Of a stretch of 64,000 nt of DNA, positions 46,652-54,303 are shown one piece after another. Source of the stretch: Patescibacteria group bacterium (GTDB lineage: Bacteria > Patescibacteriota > Saccharimonadia > Saccharimonadales > JAZKJC01); contig JAZKJC010000002.1 of the NCBI GenBank assembly GCA_040384565.1, positions 1,064-65,063 on the forward strand. The letters are read 5' to 3'. A program made the translations under genes and the position numbers. The notes under the pieces were generated by a model. That model saw only the letters and a program-made list of their open reading frames with translations, searched no databases and was not told the DNA's origin. Numbering within the stretch: position 1 is the stretch's first letter; the number at the start of each line of letters is the position of its first letter.

Positions 46652-47173
46652 TCATGGTGTTGTAGGGCACTCTGTTGCATTTTGGGCGCACACGCGGAAA
46701 CTTACGCTGGCAAGTATGGTATCACGCTGTTTAGTGCGCGGAGCATCCCCCCATTTGACGTCAGCCGTACAGTCAGCAGCTCCGCTGACCCAAGCCGGAC
46801 TGGCAAGACCAAACACACCGTCGTCCAATACCCCAGCAAAATAACCTTCGGTACCTTGCGAAACAAGTACACCGTTCTGGTAGCATTTGAGATTGACAAA
46901 CGGCTTAGCCGTCTGAGTGCTTGAGACATTAAAACGTATTTTATCGTTCCAGTTTAAAACCCCATTGCTATCTTTGTCAGTTACCAATATTGGCTGGCTG
47001 ATGGTTGTAGTGCCAGCTGGACCACCACCTCCACCTCTGGGTGCTGCAAAACCCTGCAAGAGGGTAAATGCGGCCATAGCGCCAAACAGCAAGGCGAAAA
47101 TAGTAATTTGCAAACCCGAGAAGCTTTTGCGGCGCTGTAAAACGTTTGTTTTCTTGAGTTTTTTGATTGCCAT
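46652..47173 (-). CDS. Hypothetical secreted or anchored 173-aa protein (4 Cys)
   Basis: N-terminal TM helix followed by FAAPRGGGGG. Co-oriented and immediately upstream of the metalloprotease. Confidence 0.55.
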   Translation of the reverse strand: MAIKKLKKTNVLQRRKSFSGLQITIFALLFGAMAAFTLLQGFAAPRGGGGGPAGTTTISQPILVTDKDSNGVLNWNDKIRFNVSSTQTAKPFVNLKCYQNGVLVSQGTEGYFAGVLDDGVFGLASPAWVSGAADCTADVKWGDAPRTKQRDTILASVSFRVCAQNATECPTTP

Positions 47174-47349
47174 GGTTATAAAGCTATCCTATTAAGTTTA
47201 GTCTGCTTTGAAATAAACATAGCACTATCAATATGGGTTGTCAATAACACATAAGCAACATGGTAGCGGGGGCAGGACCAGATGGTTAATAAGGTTTAAC
47301 GTCCTGCTGGCTTTTTCAAAGTAAAGAATTAAAAAATAGGGTGTCCAGA

Positions 47350-47451
47350 TTGGTGCACTTGAAACACTTTCATACGAACACCTTTTGGCCTGGCTAGACC
47401 AAATTATGAAAGCATTCAATAGTAGTAATGATACAGATTTAACAGATTAAA
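47350..47451 (+). repeat. Direct repeat copy 2 (about 100 bp)
   Basis: See 44132-44233. Overlaps the 3' end of the XRE gene region. Confidence 0.75.
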
Positions 47452-47665
47452 ACAAGTCTAGGGATTTGATCTTCAGCACTCTCATGATGCTTTGTAGCTT
47501 TTCAAACGACGGATTTTCCTGGCCGCGCTCAATCCGTGCGTAGTAGTTGACATGCATATTCGCTTTGTCTGCGACGTCTTGTTGCTTCAAACCAGCTTTC
47601 TCACGAGCTTGTCGAAAGGTTTCGCCCAAGGCTTTATGTGTTCTGTCATATTCACCACTAGTCAT
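47447..47665 (-). CDS. XRE-family helix-turn-helix transcriptional regulator
   Basis: ..REKAGLKQQDVADKANMHVNYYARIERGQENPSFEKL.. HTH_3 pattern. Confidence 0.85.
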   Translation of the reverse strand: MTSGEYDRTHKALGETFRQAREKAGLKQQDVADKANMHVNYYARIERGQENPSFEKLQSIMRVLKIKSLDLF

Positions 47666-47723
47666 ATACGGATACTATACCATCCTATTCTGGAGTAAGA
47701 CTATTGTCTTTTTTGGGCTCGTT

Positions 47724-47737
47724 AAGCGCTAGTGCTT
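47724..47737. promoter_or_regulatory. 14-bp near-palindrome AAGCGCTAGTGCTT in the XRE/PGT divergent region (candidate operator)
   Basis: 6 of 7 positions pair. Overlaps the CTTGCA -35-like hexamer. Confidence 0.4.
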
Positions 47738-47773
47738 GCAATAGTGGAATCTTAAAGTACACTTATGTAATAT

Positions 47774-48538
47774 ATGAGTAGAATTGCCAACACAGACTAT
47801 GGTCATCTAGTGGCTCGACTCGCAGAGCCTGAGTATTTTGACCCCAGTAATATGCCTACAGGACGTGAGTACTTACATAGTGAGGCAGAAGTGGTGTTTG
47901 ATGCAATGATGTCTATTGCTGTTTTGCCAATTACGAGCTTGCCGACTATAGCCGGTGCTGCTGCAATAAGACTTATTGATCATGAGCACCCCATCTTTAC
48001 TCAAGCTCGGATTGGCTACATGAGCAAGCCTTTTACAATTTTCAAGCTTACCACGATGCCGGGTGTACCAGAGAATACTCACAGTAATGGGCGATATAAT
48101 GATCCGCGCAGAAGCCAGCTAGGCCGACTTTTAAGCCTTTTAAGAATTGATGAGTCACCACAGCTGCTTAACGTAGCCCGCAGAGAGATGTCTATTATTG
48201 GACCACGTCCCTTACTTGGATCAATATTGGATCAGGCTCGTTATTTTGTTGGCCCAAAAAAAGCAGATGAATGGGTTAAGGTCCGCTCACTGGCATTGCC
48301 TGGAATTTTTGATGACTTTAGCAATCAACATCACGGCTATAAGTTAAGCGAAGATGAGGGTGAATTATGGCGTCAGAGGATTGCCATAGAGGAGGCTTAT
48401 ATTTTAGAGAAAGCCTCTTTTCAAGAGGATTTGCGGATAGTACTTGCTACTGTAAAGTTATTTGGAACTACAGCCATAAAACATTCCGGAAAGCTGCTCC
48501 ATGGTGTACGGTCTCGGGCTAGAAAGGCTAAGAAATAA
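47774..48538 (+). CDS. Small monotopic phosphoglycosyl transferase (Bac_transf)
   Basis: ..PIFTQARIGYMSKPFTIFKLTTM.., ..IDESPQLLNV.., ..MSIIGPRPL.. Paralogue of the N-terminal half of 16378..17691. Confidence 0.8.
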   Translation: MSRIANTDYGHLVARLAEPEYFDPSNMPTGREYLHSEAEVVFDAMMSIAVLPITSLPTIAGAAAIRLIDHEHPIFTQARIGYMSKPFTIFKLTTMPGVPENTHSNGRYNDPRRSQLGRLLSLLRIDESPQLLNVARREMSIIGPRPLLGSILDQARYFVGPKKADEWVKVRSLALPGIFDDFSNQHHGYKLSEDEGELWRQRIAIEEAYILEKASFQEDLRIVLATVKLFGTTAIKHSGKLLHGVRSRARKAKK

Positions 48539-48541
48539 AAT

Positions 48542-49225
48542 ATGGTAGATATTGCTAGGTCGGAATGTACTCGTACGCATACATATAGTAGAGGTGCAGA
48601 AATATTTAGACTTGCTGCCGAAAGTTTTGGAGTAACACTTCCGAGCGAACAGTTAGGAGAATGGCAATTCCTAATAAAAGCAGCGTTTACTCTCGATAAT
48701 ATTTTAGATAGTGATATGCCGTTATCTGAGCGTGAAAAAGCTTTTGACGAAGGCGTAGAAGCACTGTTGTATCCCTTAGCTGAACAATGGGATGATCGGA
48801 AGATCAATAGGGTCGTCAGTGCTGCGGATCGTGTCAAAAACATTGCTGCTGAAAAACGTGAGGCCGTTTCTGCGAGACTGCTTGGTAAGTTAGCCGTACA
48901 TGAGGGTGAAGAAACGGCACGCTTCTTACAGTTAGATAATCCAGCTGGTAGCAATGCCGATGACTTCAATACATGGTTAAAATATCTACTTAGATTTGGC
49001 GTACCAATTGATACCGCTGTGGATTTACGAGAAGACTATGGGCATAACCTTACACAAGTTACACCTACACGCCTAAACAGTGCCGTTATTGCTTCATTTG
49101 CCATGCCGTGGGCTAGGCAGTTATTAACTAGAACACCTAGTCGCTTATACCGTCCGCTATTTGCAGCTGCTCGAGCAGTTACGCAAGACACGGCTAAGGA
49201 TACTGTACTCCAATCTACTCCTTAG
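48542..49225 (+). CDS. Asp-box helical protein homologous to the C-terminal half of 16378..17691 (isoprenoid-synthase-like?)
   Basis: GAEIFRLAAESFGV..AAFTLDNILDSD.. and FNTWLKYLLRFGVPIDTAVDLREDY align to GAAMFHAVAEGFGV..AARCLDNLVDEQD.. and FNKWLRLFAKTGYLADTVLDARKDF. The start is 4 nt after the PGT stop. Confidence 0.7.
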   Translation: MVDIARSECTRTHTYSRGAEIFRLAAESFGVTLPSEQLGEWQFLIKAAFTLDNILDSDMPLSEREKAFDEGVEALLYPLAEQWDDRKINRVVSAADRVKNIAAEKREAVSARLLGKLAVHEGEETARFLQLDNPAGSNADDFNTWLKYLLRFGVPIDTAVDLREDYGHNLTQVTPTRLNSAVIASFAMPWARQLLTRTPSRLYRPLFAAARAVTQDTAKDTVLQSTP

Positions 49226-49281
49226 TTTGTGTACCAATGCTAGGTATCTGACCAGTCCCGGACAGGTTGGTCAAACAACGA

Positions 49282-50301
49282 TTATAATATTGCGGCCGGA
49301 TCTTCACCTTGCACAGTTGTTTCTTTAAGCGCCGCGGCCAGTTCTTTGCCTGTTATCTCTTGGCACCGTTGCCAAATTTCTTGTTTCAAAAGTTCAATAT
49401 CACTCGTATTTGAATATTCGACATACCCGTAATAGACCCCGGCAGCAAGTGGTGAACCAACTTTCATATCAATGGATCTTGCGCGTCGATTTGTACGAGG
49501 TATAACGTAGGCGCTGGATTGACTATCAAAGTAGAGGTTAAAGCTAAGCCCTAGTCTTAATAATTCATCTAGAATAGCCGTTGTTCGGTCTAGTTTTGCA
49601 CCTTTAGACTCGCCGTCTATCTTATAGCAGACTGAAGGGTGCTCTGTTGATGCTGACACCACAACACCGTCTTTTTCTTTAAGCGGCCGATATTCAGATG
49701 AGAATATAGGTAATACTTCATCAAAAAGAGAGATATGTGCATGTTCAGGTATTGTGGCGCCGCTGCCATGAAGCTGGATTGCCGCACCGGCAAATTTAGT
49801 TCGTTCCATAAAGTCAAAGATTAGACCGTACTGGTTGCGTGTAAATAGTTCCCTATGCTGTCTTACGGTCAAAAGTAATTGCCCGTCAAAATATGGAAAG
49901 TTGTTAAAGCCAAGAGCGAATGAGTCATTAAATTTGTCCATAAAGTCACTGTCAGCATCTTTATCGGGTAGGGTGATCACATTATCTCGAGATTCTAACA
50001 CTCCGCACAATGAGCATGGGCAGGCAGGTCGCTGGTCATATACCGCTTTACGGTATGCGAAAGTGGGAATATAGCGCACTTTTCCTGCAAGTCCATCAAT
50101 ATCTACTGGTCGATCAACAATTTCATCACGATTCCAATACACATGCCCCCCCAAACGGGCTTCTTCCAAACGGGCAAGCAATACATGTTTTAGTCCTTGC
50201 AATGCTGTTGCGGCATGGGGAGGTATACCTTCGGACAACCTATCTGATGTTGTGAAGGGATCTAGAATTTCAAACGTATCAGGCTTTAATTGCTCCGTCA
50301 T
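49282..50301 (-). CDS. GalT/HIT-superfamily nucleotidyltransferase or phosphorylase-like protein
   Basis: ACPCSLCG Cys cluster, FNNFPYFDGQLLL, IPEHAHISLF (HxHx motif). Confidence 0.55.
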   Translation of the reverse strand: MTEQLKPDTFEILDPFTTSDRLSEGIPPHAATALQGLKHVLLARLEEARLGGHVYWNRDEIVDRPVDIDGLAGKVRYIPTFAYRKAVYDQRPACPCSLCGVLESRDNVITLPDKDADSDFMDKFNDSFALGFNNFPYFDGQLLLTVRQHRELFTRNQYGLIFDFMERTKFAGAAIQLHGSGATIPEHAHISLFDEVLPIFSSEYRPLKEKDGVVVSASTEHPSVCYKIDGESKGAKLDRTTAILDELLRLGLSFNLYFDSQSSAYVIPRTNRRARSIDMKVGSPLAAGVYYGYVEYSNTSDIELLKQEIWQRCQEITGKELAAALKETTVQGEDPAAIL

Positions 50302-50363
50302 AAGTAATAATTACTATACAAATGCCATTTAATCAAATATTACGAATGTGAAGTTAAAAACTA

Positions 50364-50657
50364 TCATTCTTCAGCTGCAAGCTTCTTAATGTAACCAGTT
50401 CTAGACTCTTCGACCAGTGCAGTGTAGTGGTCAAGAGCAGCATCGGTGACAGATACTACACCCGCGATTTCACCTAATGAGCGATAAAAGTGTCTCGCAC
50501 CTGGTGACATAACATCTGTTGAAGGAGTTTTATGATTTGTGTTTAATCCTTCTGCTTCTTGATGAACCCTATCTACGTCTTCAAAACTGCCAGCACCAAT
50601 AAGTATCGGCTCACCGCCGTGAAGACCATAGTATATTTCGACCTGGTTGGCTACCAT
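50364..50657 (-). CDS. Hypothetical 97-aa protein
   Basis: ORF with its own leaderless-type promoter, upstream of the GalT-like gene. Confidence 0.5.
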   Translation of the reverse strand: MVANQVEIYYGLHGGEPILIGAGSFEDVDRVHQEAEGLNTNHKTPSTDVMSPGARHFYRSLGEIAGVVSVTDAALDHYTALVEESRTGYIKKLAAEE

Positions 50658-50663
50658 ATAATT

Positions 50664-50692
50664 ATGTTAACATATTTGTTAATGGACGTCAA
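50664..50692 (-). promoter_or_regulatory. Promoter TTGACG-17-TAACAT, 6 nt before the ATG (leaderless-type)
   Basis: Read directly. Confidence 0.5.
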
Positions 50693-50795
50693 AGTTCAGG
50701 TGTCATTTACTGGGCTGGTTAAGTGCGAAGTCAGGAGGCTAGTTCGTTTGGCTCTTTCATCTTGCTATCAGGATTTTATCTATCGCAAACAGAGC

Positions 50796-51614
50796 TCAAG
50801 CCTCCTCCCAAATCTCCCCTCTAACCCCCAGTGCTCTTAATTTGTCTACGGTTGCAAACCGTACATGTGGCCTGTCATCATCGTCATGCTCCCATATATC
50901 CGCCAGCAGGCTTCTAGTACGGCGCTTGGCATAGATTAAGTCAGTTGTCCTTGGGCATACAAACAGGATTATTGGTAATGCTACGTTGGTTTCACTCTCC
51001 CAATCACCATCTTCCAGGTATTCCACGTAATCTTTAAGCCGTTTCTTTATACGGTAACGAGGCAGTGTTGGATCAAATACTTCCAGTAGGTAGCTGTTGG
51101 TAGTGGTTTCTTCTCCAGTGGAGCTATCTAACTCCTCTTTGGAAAAACAAAGATGCGGATGCACCAGTTCACTATCAGCTAGAAAGTGGAAGTAATTGTC
51201 CTGAAGGTAGTTGGCTTCAGTCTCGTAGTAGTAGCGAGCAGTATCTGTTCTGCCCTTTTCTAGCGTAATGCAGCAATCGGCAATGAGCATACACCGGTCA
51301 ATAAATGTTTGGCTGCGAGATGGTTCACGGTAGCGTTTACGAACTTCGTGGATTGGATGCTTATCCCCTGTTTTTAGGAAGCGTACGCCATTAATGTTGA
51401 TGTAGTAGATAGCGGGCTTGGTTTTCTCGGCGAAGTCGGTAGAGTAGATCCAAGCTACGTATTGTTTTTCTCGGAGATCTTTTAGCCAGACGTTTATTCT
51501 TTTATAGTCACTATGGTTCATTAGTGTTTGAATTTGGATTCTATTTAAGAATCTATGGGTATAAAGAAGTTTTAGGATTGTTTGTTGCTTAATAGTTATG
51601 CTAGGTAGTTTCAT
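50796..51614 (-). CDS. Replication-relaxation family protein (wHTH N-terminus)
   Basis: ..QQTILKLLYTHRFLNRIQIQTLM.. resembles plasmid/ICE Replic_Relax proteins. Intact paralogue of the pseudogene 34549..35384. Confidence 0.65.
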   Translation of the reverse strand: MKLPSITIKQQTILKLLYTHRFLNRIQIQTLMNHSDYKRINVWLKDLREKQYVAWIYSTDFAEKTKPAIYYININGVRFLKTGDKHPIHEVRKRYREPSRSQTFIDRCMLIADCCITLEKGRTDTARYYYETEANYLQDNYFHFLADSELVHPHLCFSKEELDSSTGEETTTNSYLLEVFDPTLPRYRIKKRLKDYVEYLEDGDWESETNVALPIILFVCPRTTDLIYAKRRTRSLLADIWEHDDDDRPHVRFATVDKLRALGVRGEIWEEA

Positions 51615-51754
51615 TGAATGTATAGTTATATGGTGATAGTTTGTTTAGTATCTATTTTGGAGCTGCTTTCATTTGCCAAACCCTCCTACACCGTATACTT
51701 GCAAGGGTAGAAAACACAATGAGTTTACAATAACTCTTTAGATATTGCTACTTT

Positions 51755-51776
51755 TTGTCCTAGCAGACTAGGACAA
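51755..51776. promoter_or_regulatory. Palindrome TTGTCCTAG-CAGA-CTAGGACAA
   Basis: 9-bp perfect arms. Confidence 0.4.
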
Positions 51777-51817
51777 TATAAAATCGTCAGAAAGCTGGGG
51801 ATAACCGCTTGCAATAC

Positions 51818-51851
51818 ACATTATATGGATAGTATACTATCCATATAATGT
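51818..51851. promoter_or_regulatory. 34-bp perfect palindrome ACATTATATGGATAGTA|TACTATCCATATAATGT overlapping a TTGCAA..TATACT promoter-like region
   Basis: Verified base by base. Lies 16 nt upstream of the ATG at 51867. Confidence 0.6.
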
Positions 51852-51866
51852 TAGTGGAGGGTATCC

Positions 51867-52148
51867 ATGCAGCGGTCAAACCAAGTAATTGAACCGACAA
51901 AATTCACCGGCTTAGCTGATGCTCTTCAGCCTATTGATGATGCTTTGCGACGCATATTCAGCACCTCGGAAGAGGAAACTAGGTTGCAGCGAACCCGCAG
52001 GATTATGGGTAGCGCGATTGACGATGTTTCTGACGAAGATCTGGAAATCTATATAACAGAAATTCAGTATCTGATTGATGCTTGGTTTGATGAGTTTGAA
52101 CGTCAGGCTTTTGACGGCGTAACCTTAAAGCAATTGATCCAGGAATAG
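51867..52148 (+). CDS. Hypothetical acidic 93-aa protein upstream of the recombinase
   Basis: GGAGGG SD. The stop is 4 nt before the recombinase ATG. Confidence 0.55.
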   Translation: MQRSNQVIEPTKFTGLADALQPIDDALRRIFSTSEEETRLQRTRRIMGSAIDDVSDEDLEIYITEIQYLIDAWFDEFERQAFDGVTLKQLIQE

Positions 52149-52152
52149 CGAC

Positions 52153-53694
52153 ATGGAAAACGCTGCTTTCACTCCTAAAGTTACAGCAAAGCAGTGTGCA
52201 GTTATTTACCTGCGTGTATCAACCGAGGAACAAGTAGATAACTATTCGCTAGATACTCAGGCTGATCTTTGCCGTAAAGAAGCAGAGCGCCGGGGCTTAA
52301 CAGTTATGGAGATTTTTCGGGAGGAAGGACGGTCTGCTAAAACAATTCGTGAGCGACCCACTTTAATTGAGCTTTTAGGGTATTGTCGAAAGAACCGGAA
52401 AGACATTGCTGCTGTTATCGTCTACCGATTAGACCGCATATCTCGTCAAACAGCCGATTACTTAGCCATTCGCAAAAAGCTAGTTGAATCAGACATTACG
52501 CTTATCTCTGCTAGCGAGCCAACTGGAGACACACCCACAGAACGTTTTGTCGAAACAATGCTGGCAGGTTTTGCCCAAATGGATAACGACGTCCGTGGTG
52601 AACGTTCTAGAAACGGTATGAAGGCACGATTTATGAGTGGCCTACCTAATGGAAGCCCCTCACTCGGTTATTTAAAAGAGAATGGTTACGCCGTCAAAGA
52701 CCCTGAAACATTTAGTGCTTTGCAAGTCGCCTGGCAACTTATGGAAACCGGCACAAAAAGCCTGCGGGAAATGGCTAAGATTCTGAATGATCAGGGCATT
52801 ACTGATAGGCGTAAGGGCTATAAAGATTCGCCAATACGAGCCCAAACTTTGAGTGGTATCTTTCGTAATAAGTTTTACGCTGGCAAGGTAGTATCCAAGA
52901 AGTATGGGCTGGAAGTTCAAGGCCAGCATACTCCTATGGTCACCGAAGAAATGTTTTACCGCGTACAGGCGATCCTAGACGGTAGAAACCGCAATGCATC
53001 ACCTACGCTTGCCAGACGCAGCCTGGAAAGCCCTGACTTCCCATTAAGACGTATAATTATCTGCAATAACTGCGATCATTCATTCAGCGGAGCATGGAGC
53101 AAAGGGAAACGACAGAAATATGCATACTATTTCTGCGTGAAGCGCTGTAGCTCGTCGGTAACGATCAGTGACATAGAAACTACCACCGATGAACTGTTAA
53201 GGGATATAACGCTTAAAGATGAGTCTGTGAAGCTTATTAACGCCTTCTTGCGCCGTACGTACTATTTGCAGATTGACTCGCTGAAACAAAAACGTGACCA
53301 TGCGGACATTGAACTGCAGAAGATCTACGAAACCCGCCAGGCACTCATACAGAAGAATTTGGATGGTGTCTACTCTGACGACATCTTCAAAGAGCAGAAT
53401 AAAGTCCTGGAAGAAAAGATCAAAGCTATCCAAGCGGCTAAGAATGATACGGTGATAGAGAAATACAACCTAGAAGCTATTAGCAAGTTTATCCAGGAGA
53501 AGTTTACTAACCTTAATGAAACCTTTTCCACCTCTGAGCTGACACTTAAACGCGTCCTCATGTGTTCACTATTCCCCAAAGGATTACGTTGGGGCTATCC
53601 GGGGTATGTGAACACCCAAATCAGTCCATTCTACCGAAGTTTTCTGGCTCTTCAAGGACGTCAAGTCCAGATTGGTGCGGATGAAAGGACTTGA
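52153..53694 (+). CDS. Large serine recombinase
   Basis: ..AVIYLRVSTEEQ..YSLDTQ.. catalytic Ser region, ..VYRLDRISR.., recombinase domain, Cys cluster (CNNCDH..YYFC..RC), C-terminal coiled-coil region. Confidence 0.88.
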   Translation: MENAAFTPKVTAKQCAVIYLRVSTEEQVDNYSLDTQADLCRKEAERRGLTVMEIFREEGRSAKTIRERPTLIELLGYCRKNRKDIAAVIVYRLDRISRQTADYLAIRKKLVESDITLISASEPTGDTPTERFVETMLAGFAQMDNDVRGERSRNGMKARFMSGLPNGSPSLGYLKENGYAVKDPETFSALQVAWQLMETGTKSLREMAKILNDQGITDRRKGYKDSPIRAQTLSGIFRNKFYAGKVVSKKYGLEVQGQHTPMVTEEMFYRVQAILDGRNRNASPTLARRSLESPDFPLRRIIICNNCDHSFSGAWSKGKRQKYAYYFCVKRCSSSVTISDIETTTDELLRDITLKDESVKLINAFLRRTYYLQIDSLKQKRDHADIELQKIYETRQALIQKNLDGVYSDDIFKEQNKVLEEKIKAIQAAKNDTVIEKYNLEAISKFIQEKFTNLNETFSTSELTLKRVLMCSLFPKGLRWGYPGYVNTQISPFYRSFLALQGRQVQIGADERT

Positions 53695-53756
53695 ACCTTC
53701 ACGCCTTACGGCACCAGCTCCTAAAACTGGCGTGTCTACCATTCCACCACATCCGC
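53673..53756 (-). tRNA. tRNA-Leu (anticodon UAG), CCA encoded
   Basis: Hand-folded. Acceptor GCGGATG/CATCCGC, 3-bp D stem, anticodon stem CCAGT/GCTGG with loop TTTAGGA, long variable arm GCC-GTAA-GGC, T arm GAAGG-TTCAAGT-CCTTT, ACCA. Confidence 0.88.
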
Positions 53757-53769
53757 ATACTGAGATATT

Positions 53770-54303
53770 TTACGAGATTCTACGGTAAAAGACTAGCTGA
53801 GCGTCGCCGTAGCTTTTGACTTTGATTTGTTCAAAGCCTACAAGTTCCTCTGCTTTTAGATGCCCGGGCCACGACATGACCAATAGACCTCCGGCTTTTA
53901 CATGAACTGATAACTTTTGGATATCTCTGATAAGTAGGCGGTCATATGGGGGATCACATAGCACCAAGTCAAATAATTGTTTGCTAAATCTGGAGGACCA
54001 ACGCAAACAATTTCCGGAAACAAGTGTTACCTGACCGGACAAATGAAGAAGCTGAATATTACCCTGTATCAACTTCTGGGCACCTTTGTCGAGCTCAATC
54101 GCAATAGCAGAGCTGGCTCCTCTACTAATAGCCTCAAAGCTGAGTGCGCCGCTGCCGGCAAAAGGATCAAGGACAGTTAAGCCAGAAACGTCGCCCAGCA
54201 TATTAAATAGTGCGCCACGTACTTTGTCCGCCATTGGGTGTGTGCGGTGACCAGTGGGAGCCGTGAATTCTCTGCCACCTAGTTCTCCAGAAATAACCCT
54301 CAT
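53770..54303 (-). CDS. rsmD: 16S rRNA (guanine966-N2)-methyltransferase
   Basis: ..LDPFAGSGALSFEAISRGA.. and ..CDPPY.. motifs, 177 aa. Confidence 0.85.
   Translation of the reverse strand: MRVISGELGGREFTAPTGHRTHPMADKVRGALFNMLGDVSGLTVLDPFAGSGALSFEAISRGASSAIAIELDKGAQKLIQGNIQLLHLSGQVTLVSGNCLRWSSRFSKQLFDLVLCDPPYDRLLIRDIQKLSVHVKAGGLLVMSWPGHLKAEELVGFEQIKVKSYGDAQLVFYRRIS

Noticed and set aside
48421-48969. 182-aa minus-strand ORF overlapping the PGT and Asp-box genes
   Set aside because: It is antisense to two genes supported by paralogy with 16378..17691, and its product is Ser/Ala-rich low complexity.
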